Assembly: GCA_037128175.1 (NCBI GenBank)
Contig: JBAXWY010000054.1
Location: 1 to 16,252 of the forward strand
Direction of reading: 5' to 3'
DNA from: Methanothrix sp.
GTDB lineage: Archaea > Halobacteriota > Methanosarcinia > Methanotrichales > Methanotrichaceae
DNA: 16,252 bases
Below, piece after piece: positions 1 to 7,250 of the stretch (position 1 is the stretch's first letter; each line of letters starts with the position of its first letter). Both the position numbers and the translations under genes were made by a program. Below the pieces are notes generated by a model, which worked only from the letters and a program-made list of their open reading frames with translations, was not told the DNA's origin and ran no database searches.

Positions 1-51
1 TCATCCCCGGCCTAAAGACCGGGGCGTTCTCTACCCCTACACCCCACGCCT
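1..51 (-). mobile_element. Left end of an IS200/IS605-family element (or derived non-autonomous element); the body lies beyond the window start
   Basis: Minus strand reads TTAC|AGGCGTGGGGTGTAGGGGTAGAG-AACG-CCCCGGTC-TTTA-GGCCGGGG-ATGA. This is a TTAC target (52-55), a 4-nt guide, a subterminal hairpin with one G.T pair (5-24), then GGGG-AT, the same layout as the IS608 left end (TTAC target, AAAG guide, CCCC..GGGG-AT hairpin, recalled from the literature). Confidence 0.7.
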
Positions 52-67
52 GTAAGCATTGGCTTGA

Positions 68-1276
68 TCATGGTGTGTCATTTTGGAGAAGGAGATGGTG
101 CATTTTGTCCCTCTTCGTTTCCAGATATCTTCTATTAATATTATTGGGCTCGGTTTCCAGGGGAACGCGCTCTCCGATCTTCAGACCGTAGCCCTCCAGG
201 CCAATCACTTTGCGGGGATTGTTGGTCAGGAGACGAATCTCCTTGATGCCCAGATCGACTAAAATCTGGGCTCCAATGCCGTAATCTCGAAGGTCGGCCG
301 GGTAGCCCAGTTCGTTATTCGCCTCAACCGTATCCGAGCCCTCGTCCTGCAAGGCATAGGCGCGTAGCTTATTGGCCAGACCAATGCCTCTGCCTTCCTG
401 GCGCATGTAAAGCAGGACTCCATTTCCGTTCTCGCTGATGAGGCCGAGGGCTTTGCGAAGCTGCTCGCCGCAATCGCAACGTTGGGAGGAGAAGACATCG
501 CCGGTGAGGCACTCCGAGTGCACCCGGACCAGGGCATCGGGGGCTTTGGGGTCGCCGGAAACGAAGGCTACGTGACACTGTCCGTCCAAAATGGACTCAT
601 AGCCAATGGCCCTAAAGTATCCGTAAACGGTAGGCATGCTCACATCCGAGACCTTGCGGATGAGCTTTTCGCGCTGCATGCGGTAGCTGATGAGGCTCTC
701 GATGGTCACCATTCTAAGGCCGTTTTGCTCTGCGAAGACCTCCAGCTCGGGCAGCCTGGCCATGCTGCCGTCATCATTCATGATCTCACAGATGACGCCC
801 GCTGGATTTAGGCCCGCCAGCCGGGCCAGGTCCACGCAGGCCTCGGTGTGACCGGTGCGCCGCAATACGCCTCCCTCTTTGGCCTGCAAGGGAAAGAGAT
901 GGCCGGGAATGACAATATCGCTTCGCTTCATTTTGGGGTCGATGAGGGTCTGCACCGTCGTGGCTCGATCAAAAGCGGAGATGCCGGTGGTGGTATTGGC
1001 CCGGGCATCCACGGATACTGTAAATGCCGTGCCCATGGACTCCGTATTCTGGGCAGTCATGAGCGGAAGGTCCAGCTCCCGCAGCCGTTCCGCCGTCATG
1101 GGCATGCAAATCAGGCCGCGGGCAAAGCGAGCCATGAAATTGATAGCATCAGGCGTCACCTTTTCCGCGGCCATCATCAGGTCGCCTTCGTTCTCTCGGT
1201 TCTCATCGTCCAATACTATGATGAAGCGGCCTGATTGGATATCTAAAATCGCATCTTCTACAGAGCAAAATGGCAT
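68..1276 (-). CDS. ribBA: Bifunctional 3,4-dihydroxy-2-butanone 4-phosphate synthase / GTP cyclohydrolase II (402 aa)
   Basis: RibB motifs [43 protein letters not shown]. RibA motifs [50 protein letters not shown]. Start moved from the ORF-track 1486 to ATG 1276 ([10 protein letters not shown]), where homology begins and a TATA-like box sits about 26 nt upstream. Confidence 0.95.
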   Translation of the reverse strand: MPFCSVEDAILDIQSGRFIIVLDDENRENEGDLMMAAEKVTPDAINFMARFARGLICMPMTAERLRELDLPLMTAQNTESMGTAFTVSVDARANTTTGISAFDRATTVQTLIDPKMKRSDIVIPGHLFPLQAKEGGVLRRTGHTEACVDLARLAGLNPAGVICEIMNDDGSMARLPELEVFAEQNGLRMVTIESLISYRMQREKLIRKVSDVSMPTVYGYFRAIGYESILDGQCHVAFVSGDPKAPDALVRVHSECLTGDVFSSQRCDCGEQLRKALGLISENGNGVLLYMRQEGRGIGLANKLRAYALQDEGSDTVEANNELGYPADLRDYGIGAQILVDLGIKEIRLLTNNPRKVIGLEGYGLKIGERVPLETEPNNINRRYLETKRDKMHHLLLQNDTP

Positions 1277-1299
1277 ATAAGACGAAGGCACTACTGCCG

Positions 1300-1320
1300 G
1301 ATACTTAAGAGTTTTGTAAC
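1300..1320 (-). promoter_or_regulatory. Putative BRE/TATA promoter of ribBA (likely leaderless mRNA)
   Basis: Minus strand ACAAAACT-CTTAAGTA, with the box at 1302-1309, about 26 nt before ATG 1276. No SD present. Confidence 0.55.
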
Positions 1321-1370
1321 GAGTACAAATTAGCGTTATCCACATCGCTGATCTTAAGTTATGGCCGTTT

Positions 1371-1488
1371 CTTTGTGCGTCCTTTGTGGCTTTGTGCCTT
1401 TGTGCCTTTGTGGTTTGGTTTTTTTTAGGTAGGAATGTGAGATTAGTGCTTACTACAACGCTTACCACAAAGACACAAAGGCACAAAG
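1371..1488. repeat. 8-bp tandem repeat (CTTTGTGN) forming a 25-bp inverted repeat; REP-like element
   Basis: CTTTGTGS four times in tandem at 1382-1413 plus one copy at 1371. 1390-1414 matches the reverse complement of 1464-1488 at 24/25, with a 49-nt spacer. Confidence 0.85.
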
Positions 1489-1510
1489 ACGATCATTGAC
1501 CCAGGTAAAA

Positions 1511-2527
1511 TTACTTCCAAACCCCGGCAAGCTTTGCGTTGCATTGGCTGCAATGCCCATCGATCACGGAATTTCTCAGGATCTGATATCCCAGCCGCTC
1601 GATGAGGACCTCTTTGCAAACCGGGCAGAGGGTATTCTCGCTCTCGCCGGGAATATTGCCGGCGTAGACGTACTTCAAGCCCGCCTTGCGGCCTGCTTCC
1701 TGGCCCAGGCGTTGCGACTCCATCCCTGCTCTTGGAACCTCTTTCATCTTATACATGGGATAGAAGGCGGAGATATGCCAGGGCATATCCGGGCTCACAC
1801 CGGCCAAAAACGTGGCAATATCTGCCAGCACTTCCTCTGAGTCGTTGTAGCCGGGAATGAGGAGGGTTGTAACCTCAACAAAGACGCCTCTCTTCCAGAA
1901 CAGCTCGATGTTGTGCTCGACAGGTGCAAGCTTTGCTCCACAGACCTTGCGGTAGAATTGATCATCACCCTTTAGATCGATGTTTATGCCATCCATTAGG
2001 GGAATGATCTTTTGCGCGGCTTCTTCGCCCATGTAGCCGTTGCTGACGAAGACATTCTTCAGGCCTGCCTCGTGGGCCAATGCCGCCACATCAAAGGCAT
2101 ATTCGAAGAAGATGGTGGGCTCGGAATAAGTGTAGGCTATGGACTGACAGTCGAGAGCACAGGCCTTGGCAACAACGCTCTTTGGGGCAACGAATTCTCC
2201 CGGTATCCGACCGGTTTCTCGAGGCAGTTGAGATATGTCTGCATTCTGGCAGTGCAGGCAATGGAAGTTGCAGCCTACCGTGGCTATGGAATAGGTGAGG
2301 CTGCCCGGCAGAAAATGAAAGAAGGGCTTCTTCTCAATGGGGTCGGCATTGGCCGCTACCAGGTTTCCATATACCAGGGTCATAAGCTTTCCTTCCTGGT
2401 TTTCCCGCACCCCGCAGATACCCCTCTTTCCAGGCCGGATACGGCATTGCTGGTGGCAGAGACTGCACTCTACGTCGCCGTCCAGCTTTTCCCAGAAGAG
2501 GGCCTCTTTAACCGTCTCTGAAGCCAT
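1511..2527 (-). CDS. amrS: AmmeMemoRadiSam-system radical SAM enzyme (PFL-activase-like)
   Basis: N-terminal CxxCxxxC..CGVR, DPIEKKPFFHFLPG, radical SAM motif CNFHCLHCQN, AYTYSEPTIF, YVYAGNIPG, and C-terminal CPVC..CSQC. SD-like GGTGA upstream of ATG 2527 (TTG 2530 is an alternative start). Confidence 0.9.
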   Translation of the reverse strand: MASETVKEALFWEKLDGDVECSLCHQQCRIRPGKRGICGVRENQEGKLMTLVYGNLVAANADPIEKKPFFHFLPGSLTYSIATVGCNFHCLHCQNADISQLPRETGRIPGEFVAPKSVVAKACALDCQSIAYTYSEPTIFFEYAFDVAALAHEAGLKNVFVSNGYMGEEAAQKIIPLMDGINIDLKGDDQFYRKVCGAKLAPVEHNIELFWKRGVFVEVTTLLIPGYNDSEEVLADIATFLAGVSPDMPWHISAFYPMYKMKEVPRAGMESQRLGQEAGRKAGLKYVYAGNIPGESENTLCPVCKEVLIERLGYQILRNSVIDGHCSQCNAKLAGVWK

Positions 2528-2606
2528 CAATATTCACCAGTGTATCCATGGCGCTCATAATATGTATAACAATGGTGTACGAAAGCCTAACTATTAATTT
2601 CTAATT

Positions 2607-2635
2607 AAAAAAATGGCTTTGGGGCAAAATGCCCT
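2607..2635 (-). terminator. Putative terminator of the small PGF-CTERM gene
   Basis: Minus strand GGGCA-TTT-TGCCC hairpin right after the stop, followed by a T7 tract. Confidence 0.55.
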
Positions 2636-3046
2636 TTACTCTCTTCTGCTCAGCACCAGGCTTGCGACTGCTAAGAGACCGGCGATGGCAAAGACGCCCT
2701 CAAATCCGGGCTGCTCCTTGGCAGTTTCTTTAGCATCCTTGGCGGTCTCGGTCGCATTTCCTGCAACAGCTTTGGCCTTGGATTCTACATTCTCGGCAGT
2801 AGCTTTGGCCTTGGATTCTACATTCTCAGCAGTAGCTTTGGCCTTAGATTCTACATTCTCAGCAGTAGCTTTGGCTTCAGATGTTACATTCTCAGCAGTA
2901 GCTTTGGCTTCAGATGTTACATTCTCGGCAGTAGCTTTGGCCTCAGATGCTACATTATCTTTGGCAGCGGTCTCTTCCGCATTTACAACTATAGCAGCTG
3001 TGAGCAACATCATCAGCGCTACAAGCATAATCGACACTATCTTCAT
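2636..3046 (-). CDS. Small cell-surface protein: signal peptide, about 6 copies of an 11-aa repeat, PGF-CTERM archaeosortase (ArtA) signal (136 aa)
   Basis: N-terminus MKIVSIMLVALMMLLTAAIVVNA-EE; repeats TAENV(T/E)S(E/K)AKA; C-terminus QPGFEGVFAIAGLLAVASLVLSRRE; SD GGAGGT 10 nt upstream. Confidence 0.9.
   Translation of the reverse strand: MKIVSIMLVALMMLLTAAIVVNAEETAAKDNVASEAKATAENVTSEAKATAENVTSEAKATAENVESKAKATAENVESKAKATAENVESKAKAVAGNATETAKDAKETAKEQPGFEGVFAIAGLLAVASLVLSRRE
2768..2965. repeat. 33-bp coding tandem repeat, about 6 units
   Basis: Units begin at 2768, 2801, 2834, 2867, 2900 and 2933 (agctttggcYtYRgat..tacattctcRgcagt); the last is degenerate. Confidence 0.95.
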
Positions 3047-3197
3047 TAATGTAAGACCTCCTACCTATTTCGGGATCATCAGTGAAAATACCTCTGATGC
3101 TACTATCATGACTTGGCAAAGCATTGCTTTTGATTTGAATGCAGCCTCAAAGTCCTCCATTCCACCTGGATGATCGAGTAGTCTCGATTCGCAAAAG

Positions 3198-3216
3198 CCT
3201 ATATATCGTTTTTGGT
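3198..3216 (-). promoter_or_regulatory. Putative BRE/TATA promoter of the small PGF-CTERM gene (about 130-nt leader)
   Basis: Minus strand ACCAAAAACGATATATAGG, nearly identical to the S-layer gene promoter candidate. Confidence 0.65.
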
Positions 3217-3279
3217 GGAAATTTGGTCTGAAACCAGGGATAAAATACGGAGAAACGCTAAGAAGAATGAATAAGACAA

Positions 3280-3340
3280 ATGGGAAAAGACTGACTGAAA
3301 AAGGGATAGTTCTGGAGAGCCTAGGCCCTCCAGCTATTTA
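3280..3340 (-). terminator. Terminator hairpin downstream of the S-layer gene
   Basis: Minus strand CTGGAGGGC-CTAG-GCTCTCCAG (3312-3333, one G.U) followed by CCCTTTT and CTTTT pyrimidine tracts. Confidence 0.7.
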
Positions 3341-3347
3341 TTTGATC

Positions 3348-5468
3348 TTACTCTTTTCTGCCAAGTACCAGGAAGGCAACTGCCAGGAGTCCGGTGATTG
3401 CGAAGATGCTCTCGAATCCGGGTGCTGGCTTGGTTGCGGTCTCAGTAGTCTTGTTCTCTGTTGCTGCGGGAGCTGGTTTGGTTTCCTCCTTGGCAACAAC
3501 TGCCTCAGCCTTGGTGGTGTTTGCCTCGGCAACGGCTACTGCCTCGGTGGCTGCGGTCAAGTTCTCCTTGGCGACAGACTCAGCGACAGTGGCGGAAGCA
3601 ACGTTCTCAGTTGCTGTTGGTGTAGTGCCCTCGATGGTTACTGCCTTGTATATGTAGTACCTGAGGGTGTCGTTGTCGGCGGTCTTGATGCCTATGCCGC
3701 TCATCAAGGCGGTATCCTTGTTCTTGCTGAGAGTTATGGCGTTGTCCTTGTTCTCCATGGTGATGGTTCCAGCGTTTGCATCCACGGAGGTGATGGTCAT
3801 TTTATCGTACTGGGTGTCGGCCTTGACATCAGTTGCCTCGCCGGAGATCTGCCAGAGACCATCGACGGTAGCCAGGTTCTGGTCAGCGCCACGGAAGGCG
3901 TTCTTGAAGTGAGCTGCGATTGTTACCAGCTTCTTCTGATCGCCTACAGCGGGATTCTTGTAGTAGTAAGTCTTGTCGGCCATGTTGGCGTCGGTCTTGG
4001 ACGGGGATATGACCTTGCTGTCTACTACGGAGCCATCCTTGGAGAGCTCGAGATAGACCTTGTTGCCGTCGATATCAATGGACTTGATAGCCAGCTCGTA
4101 GCCTTCTTCCATCTTCATGGGTGTGCCGGAGGTGACTGTCTTCTCGCTATCGTCGTCAATAAGGATCTTCTGGAGCTGCTCGCTGGACAGGGAATTCTCG
4201 TCGGTGGACTCTTTGAACAGCAGGTTCTTCTCGGCGTTCTCGTTAGAGACATAGCCTGCGAAGTACCTGTCTGCCAGGAAGCCCATGACATTGAATGCGC
4301 CCCAATCCGCGAACTTGAAAGCCTTGGACTGAGCCGTGGTCATATACTTGACACCATAGGGCGAGTCACCGCTCAGCTTCTTGTCGGTTAAAGTGGTGCT
4401 GAGTGTCTCGGTTCCGATGTCATTCTTAATATCGTAGTAGAATCCGGCAAAGTTCTGTGGATTCCAGGTGTTGTCTGCGGTAGCGACTGCGCCACGAAGC
4501 TCATAAGTTCCGGGCTCAGTTATTTCCTTGTAAATGTAGTATCTCAGTGTATCGTTGTCGGCGGTCTTGATCTTTATGCCGCTCATCAAGGCGGTATCCT
4601 TGTTCTTGCTGAGAGTTATGGCGTTGTCCTTGTTCTCCATGGTGATGGTTCCAGCGTTTGCATCCACGGAGGTGATGGTCATTTTATCGTACTGGGTGTC
4701 GGCCTTGACATCAGTTGCCTCGCCGGAGATCTGCCAGAGACCATCGACGGTAGCCAGGTTCTGGTCAGCGCCACGGAAGGCGTTCTTGAAGTGAGCTGCG
4801 ATTGTTACCAGCTTCTTCTGATCGCCTACAGCGGGATTCTTGTAGTAGTAAGTCTTGTCGGCCATGTTGGCGTCGGTCTTGGACGGGGATATGACCTTGC
4901 TGTCTACAACGGAGCCATCCTTGGAGAGCTCGAGATAGACCTTGTTGCCGTCGATATCAATAGATTTGATAGCCAGCTCGTAGCCTTCTTCCATCTTCAT
5001 GGGTGTGCCGGAGGTGACAGTCTTCTCGCTATCGTCATCAATAAGGATCTTCTGGAGCTGCTCGCTGGAGAGGGAATTCTCATCAGTGGACTCTTTGAAG
5101 AGCAGGTTCTTCTCGGCGTTCTCGTTAGAGACATAGCCTGCGAAGTACCTGTCAGCCAGGAAGCCCATGACATTGAATGCGCCCCAATCCTCGAACTTGA
5201 ACTCCTTGGACTGAGCAGTGGTCTCATACTTGACACCATAGGGCGAGTCGCCGCTCAGCTTCTTATCGGTTAAAGTGGTGCTGAGTGTCTCGGTTCCGAT
5301 GTCATCCTTAATATCGTAATAGAATCCGGCGAAGTTCTGAGAATTCCAGGTGGAATCTGCGGTAGCGACTTGACCGCGTACCTCCACATTCTCGACCGCG
5401 CCGACTACCATCGCTGTTGCTAGTAACAGCATCATCGATGTAAGCGTAATTGCAGCCAATTTCTTCAT
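3348..5468 (-). CDS. Major S-layer protein, Methanosarcinales type (two tandem DUF1608 / S-layer duplication domains, Ala/Thr/Glu-rich stalk, PGF-CTERM; 706 aa)
   Basis: Signal peptide; two copies of WNxQNFAGFYYDI..LIDDDSEKT..EGYELAIKSIDIDGNKVYLEL..IKTADNDTLRYY; stalk with NxT sequons; APGFESIFAITGLLAVAFLVLGRKE; strong SD GGAGGT; strongly biased codon usage. Confidence 0.93.
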   Translation of the reverse strand: MKKLAAITLTSMMLLLATAMVVGAVENVEVRGQVATADSTWNSQNFAGFYYDIKDDIGTETLSTTLTDKKLSGDSPYGVKYETTAQSKEFKFEDWGAFNVMGFLADRYFAGYVSNENAEKNLLFKESTDENSLSSEQLQKILIDDDSEKTVTSGTPMKMEEGYELAIKSIDIDGNKVYLELSKDGSVVDSKVISPSKTDANMADKTYYYKNPAVGDQKKLVTIAAHFKNAFRGADQNLATVDGLWQISGEATDVKADTQYDKMTITSVDANAGTITMENKDNAITLSKNKDTALMSGIKIKTADNDTLRYYIYKEITEPGTYELRGAVATADNTWNPQNFAGFYYDIKNDIGTETLSTTLTDKKLSGDSPYGVKYMTTAQSKAFKFADWGAFNVMGFLADRYFAGYVSNENAEKNLLFKESTDENSLSSEQLQKILIDDDSEKTVTSGTPMKMEEGYELAIKSIDIDGNKVYLELSKDGSVVDSKVISPSKTDANMADKTYYYKNPAVGDQKKLVTIAAHFKNAFRGADQNLATVDGLWQISGEATDVKADTQYDKMTITSVDANAGTITMENKDNAITLSKNKDTALMSGIGIKTADNDTLRYYIYKAVTIEGTTPTATENVASATVAESVAKENLTAATEAVAVAEANTTKAEAVVAKEETKPAPAATENKTTETATKPAPGFESIFAITGLLAVAFLVLGRKE
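3650..5380. repeat. Internal direct duplication with 882-bp (294-aa) period
   Basis: Offset of 882 confirmed at 3697/4579 and 3970/4852. 3693-4025 and 4575-4907 look identical by eye. Confidence 0.95.
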
Positions 5469-5670
5469 TTTTTAACCTCCTATTCACTCTTCACGATCAC
5501 TTTCAGCAGCATACAGTCTGATTATTCTTAAAACTATTGCCTGAATAAAGTCTTCGATCGCCCTGCTACATACCGTGGCACGAGATTTCCTGCGATGCCA
5601 CTGCCGCCTGGCGTCTCTCAGACATGTATATAGCTACGTCACCCTCCTCAAAATCCCATAAGGGATATAG
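5469..5670 (-). ncRNA. Long structured 5' leader of the S-layer mRNA (candidate cis-regulatory RNA)
   Basis: ATCCC-TTAT-GGGAT hairpin. A 9-bp stem GCTATATAC(5634-5626)/GTATGTAGC(5573-5565) encloses GTCT-GAG-AGAC and GTGGCA..TGCCAC hairpins. TCAG..CTGA hairpin before the SD. Confidence 0.5.
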
Positions 5671-5689
5671 GGTAGTGATAGAGTATTTC

Positions 5690-5709
5690 CCTATTATATC
5701 TTTTTTGGT
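5690..5709 (-). promoter_or_regulatory. Putative BRE/TATA promoter of the S-layer gene
   Basis: Minus strand ACCAAAAAAGATATAATAGG, about 220 nt upstream of the ATG. Confidence 0.6.
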
Positions 5710-6095
5710 CCTCTACTAGCAGCTTGGTGCTGTTCTTCCTCTATCTAGAGTTGCAATCGACCAAAGAGCTTTACAAGGCCCTAAGCTGCATTTGTCACTA
5801 CCTATTTAAAGACTATTCTTAGCCGAGACGGCAAGAAGCCTGAAGGAACTAAACAATCGAACCGGCGTCATCCTGGAGAATAGCCCCTCCTTATATCCTG
5901 GCCTGAAAAAATGCCTTTGGCATTATAATCTATATCCAATCAGGCGTCCTAGGACTGGAATTCATTGATTAAATATATTTTATCAAATAATTTTTAACAA
6001 GATTTAGTAGGCGCTAATCTGGTTAATCAAATCAAATTACGATAAAAATAACCAGGGAAAACCGTTTTTGCGAATGGCGTCACAATCCATTAAGC

Positions 6096-7118
6096 ATGAC
6101 AAGAACCTGCCTGATTTATCATCCCATGTGTCTCCAGCACGGGGCGAGTGACCATCCGGAGAGAAGAGAACGCCTCACCGCAATCCTGGACAAAATTCAT
6201 TCGGAAAAGCTTGATGTAGACTTCATCACCCCCAAGCTCGCGACCAAACCCCAGGTTGCAGCCATACACGGACAGAGGTACATCGATCAGGTAAAAGCCA
6301 TCAGCGAGCACGGTGGCGGCCGCCTGGACGTCGATACTATCCTTTCCAAAAACTCCTATGATGCCGCCCTTATGGCCGCAGGCGGCGCATTAACCGCGGT
6401 CGATGCCGTTCTCGGGGAATACGACAATGCATTTGCCCTGGTCCGTCCGCCCGGGCACCACGCATTGCCCAATCGCGGCATGGGATTTTGCATTTTCAAC
6501 AACATAGCCCTCGCCGCGAAGCATGCCCAGGCGCGAGGAAGGGAAAAAGTGCTTATCGTGGATTGGGATGTGCATCACGGCAACGGCACCAATGACGTAT
6601 TCTATTCCGATCCGTCTGTACTATATTTCTCCACCCACCAGTATCCCCACTATCCGGGCACCGGAAGAGCAGATGAGGTAGGAGAGGACGGCGCACAGGG
6701 TTTCACAGTAAATGTGCCTCTGCCGTCAGGAACGGGCGACGCAGGTTATCTCATGGCTTACCGGGAGATCCTGAGGCCCATAGCTTTAGAGTTTAAGCCC
6801 GACATAGTTCTGGTCTCGGCCGGCCAGGACCCGCATAAGGACGATCCTCTGGGCGGCATGCGCCTCACCTCGGCCGGCTTTGGGGCAGTCGCCGGAGTAG
6901 TGAAAGAGATCGCCAATACTTGCTGCCGGGGAAGACTGGCTGCCTCTTTGGAAGGCGGATACAACCTTGGGGCGCAGGCAGAAGCGGTTGTAGCCGAGAT
7001 CAAAGCTTTTGGCGGTGAAGTGCCTCAGTTGGGAGGCACGGATCCAGGCGTTGCCAGGAGAATAGGGGAGGTCAAAAAGATTCAAAGCCGCTACTGGAAC
7101 TGTTTTTCCTCAGCATGA
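6096..7118 (+). CDS. Zn-dependent histone deacetylase-family (class II-like / AcuC / acetylpolyamine amidohydrolase) protein
   Basis: HPERRER, RPPGHHA, GFCIFNN, DWDVHHGNGT, YPGTG, NVPLP, SAGQD..DPLG, LEGGY. Confidence 0.93.
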   Translation: MTRTCLIYHPMCLQHGASDHPERRERLTAILDKIHSEKLDVDFITPKLATKPQVAAIHGQRYIDQVKAISEHGGGRLDVDTILSKNSYDAALMAAGGALTAVDAVLGEYDNAFALVRPPGHHALPNRGMGFCIFNNIALAAKHAQARGREKVLIVDWDVHHGNGTNDVFYSDPSVLYFSTHQYPHYPGTGRADEVGEDGAQGFTVNVPLPSGTGDAGYLMAYREILRPIALEFKPDIVLVSAGQDPHKDDPLGGMRLTSAGFGAVAGVVKEIANTCCRGRLAASLEGGYNLGAQAEAVVAEIKAFGGEVPQLGGTDPGVARRIGEVKKIQSRYWNCFSSA

Positions 7119-7136
7119 GACTCGTCTTAGCTCAGT

Positions 7137-7248
7137 CTAGTACAGCGAGGCTGAAATAAACCAATGTTTTGACTTCGCGGCTTCGCGCCTTCGCGTGAAA
7201 CCGGACCCAGTTGAATCTCATGGCTTTAATTAGGCCCGGCTGTACTAG
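7137..7248. mobile_element. 112-bp MITE-like element, CTAG-bounded, with imperfect 24-bp terminal inverted repeats (IS630-like ends)
   Basis: Left end CTAGTACAGCGAGGCTGAAATAAA versus right-end reverse complement CTAGTACAGCCGGGCCTAATTAAA: 19/24, first 10 perfect. It lies between convergent stop codons and contains CTTCGCGN three times at 7173-7196. Family assignment is tentative. Confidence 0.65.
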
Positions 7249-7250
7249 TC

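Noticed and set aside
1277-1486. 70-aa N-terminal extension of RibBA in the ORF track
   Set aside because: It is a translation of the 8-mer repeat and promoter region; family homology starts at ATG 1276.
1330-1490. FMN riboswitch upstream of ribBA
   Set aside because: No RFN conserved motifs are visible, and the apparent promoter lies downstream of the hairpin.
2768-2965. CRISPR array
   Set aside because: The 33-bp units are contiguous with no unique spacers and are in frame within a protein.
2613-3173. 186-aa plus-strand ORF
   Set aside because: Antisense shadow of the repeat protein; the minus-strand gene has the SD, signal peptide and PGF-CTERM.
3267-5273. Long plus-strand ORFs (374 aa and 160 aa) opposite the S-layer gene
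   Set aside because: Expected antisense open frames from strong codon bias; no recognisable motifs.
3650-5380. Diversity-generating retroelement TR/VR pair
   Set aside because: Both copies are in-frame domains of one protein, differences are not adenine-specific, and no reverse transcriptase is present in the window.
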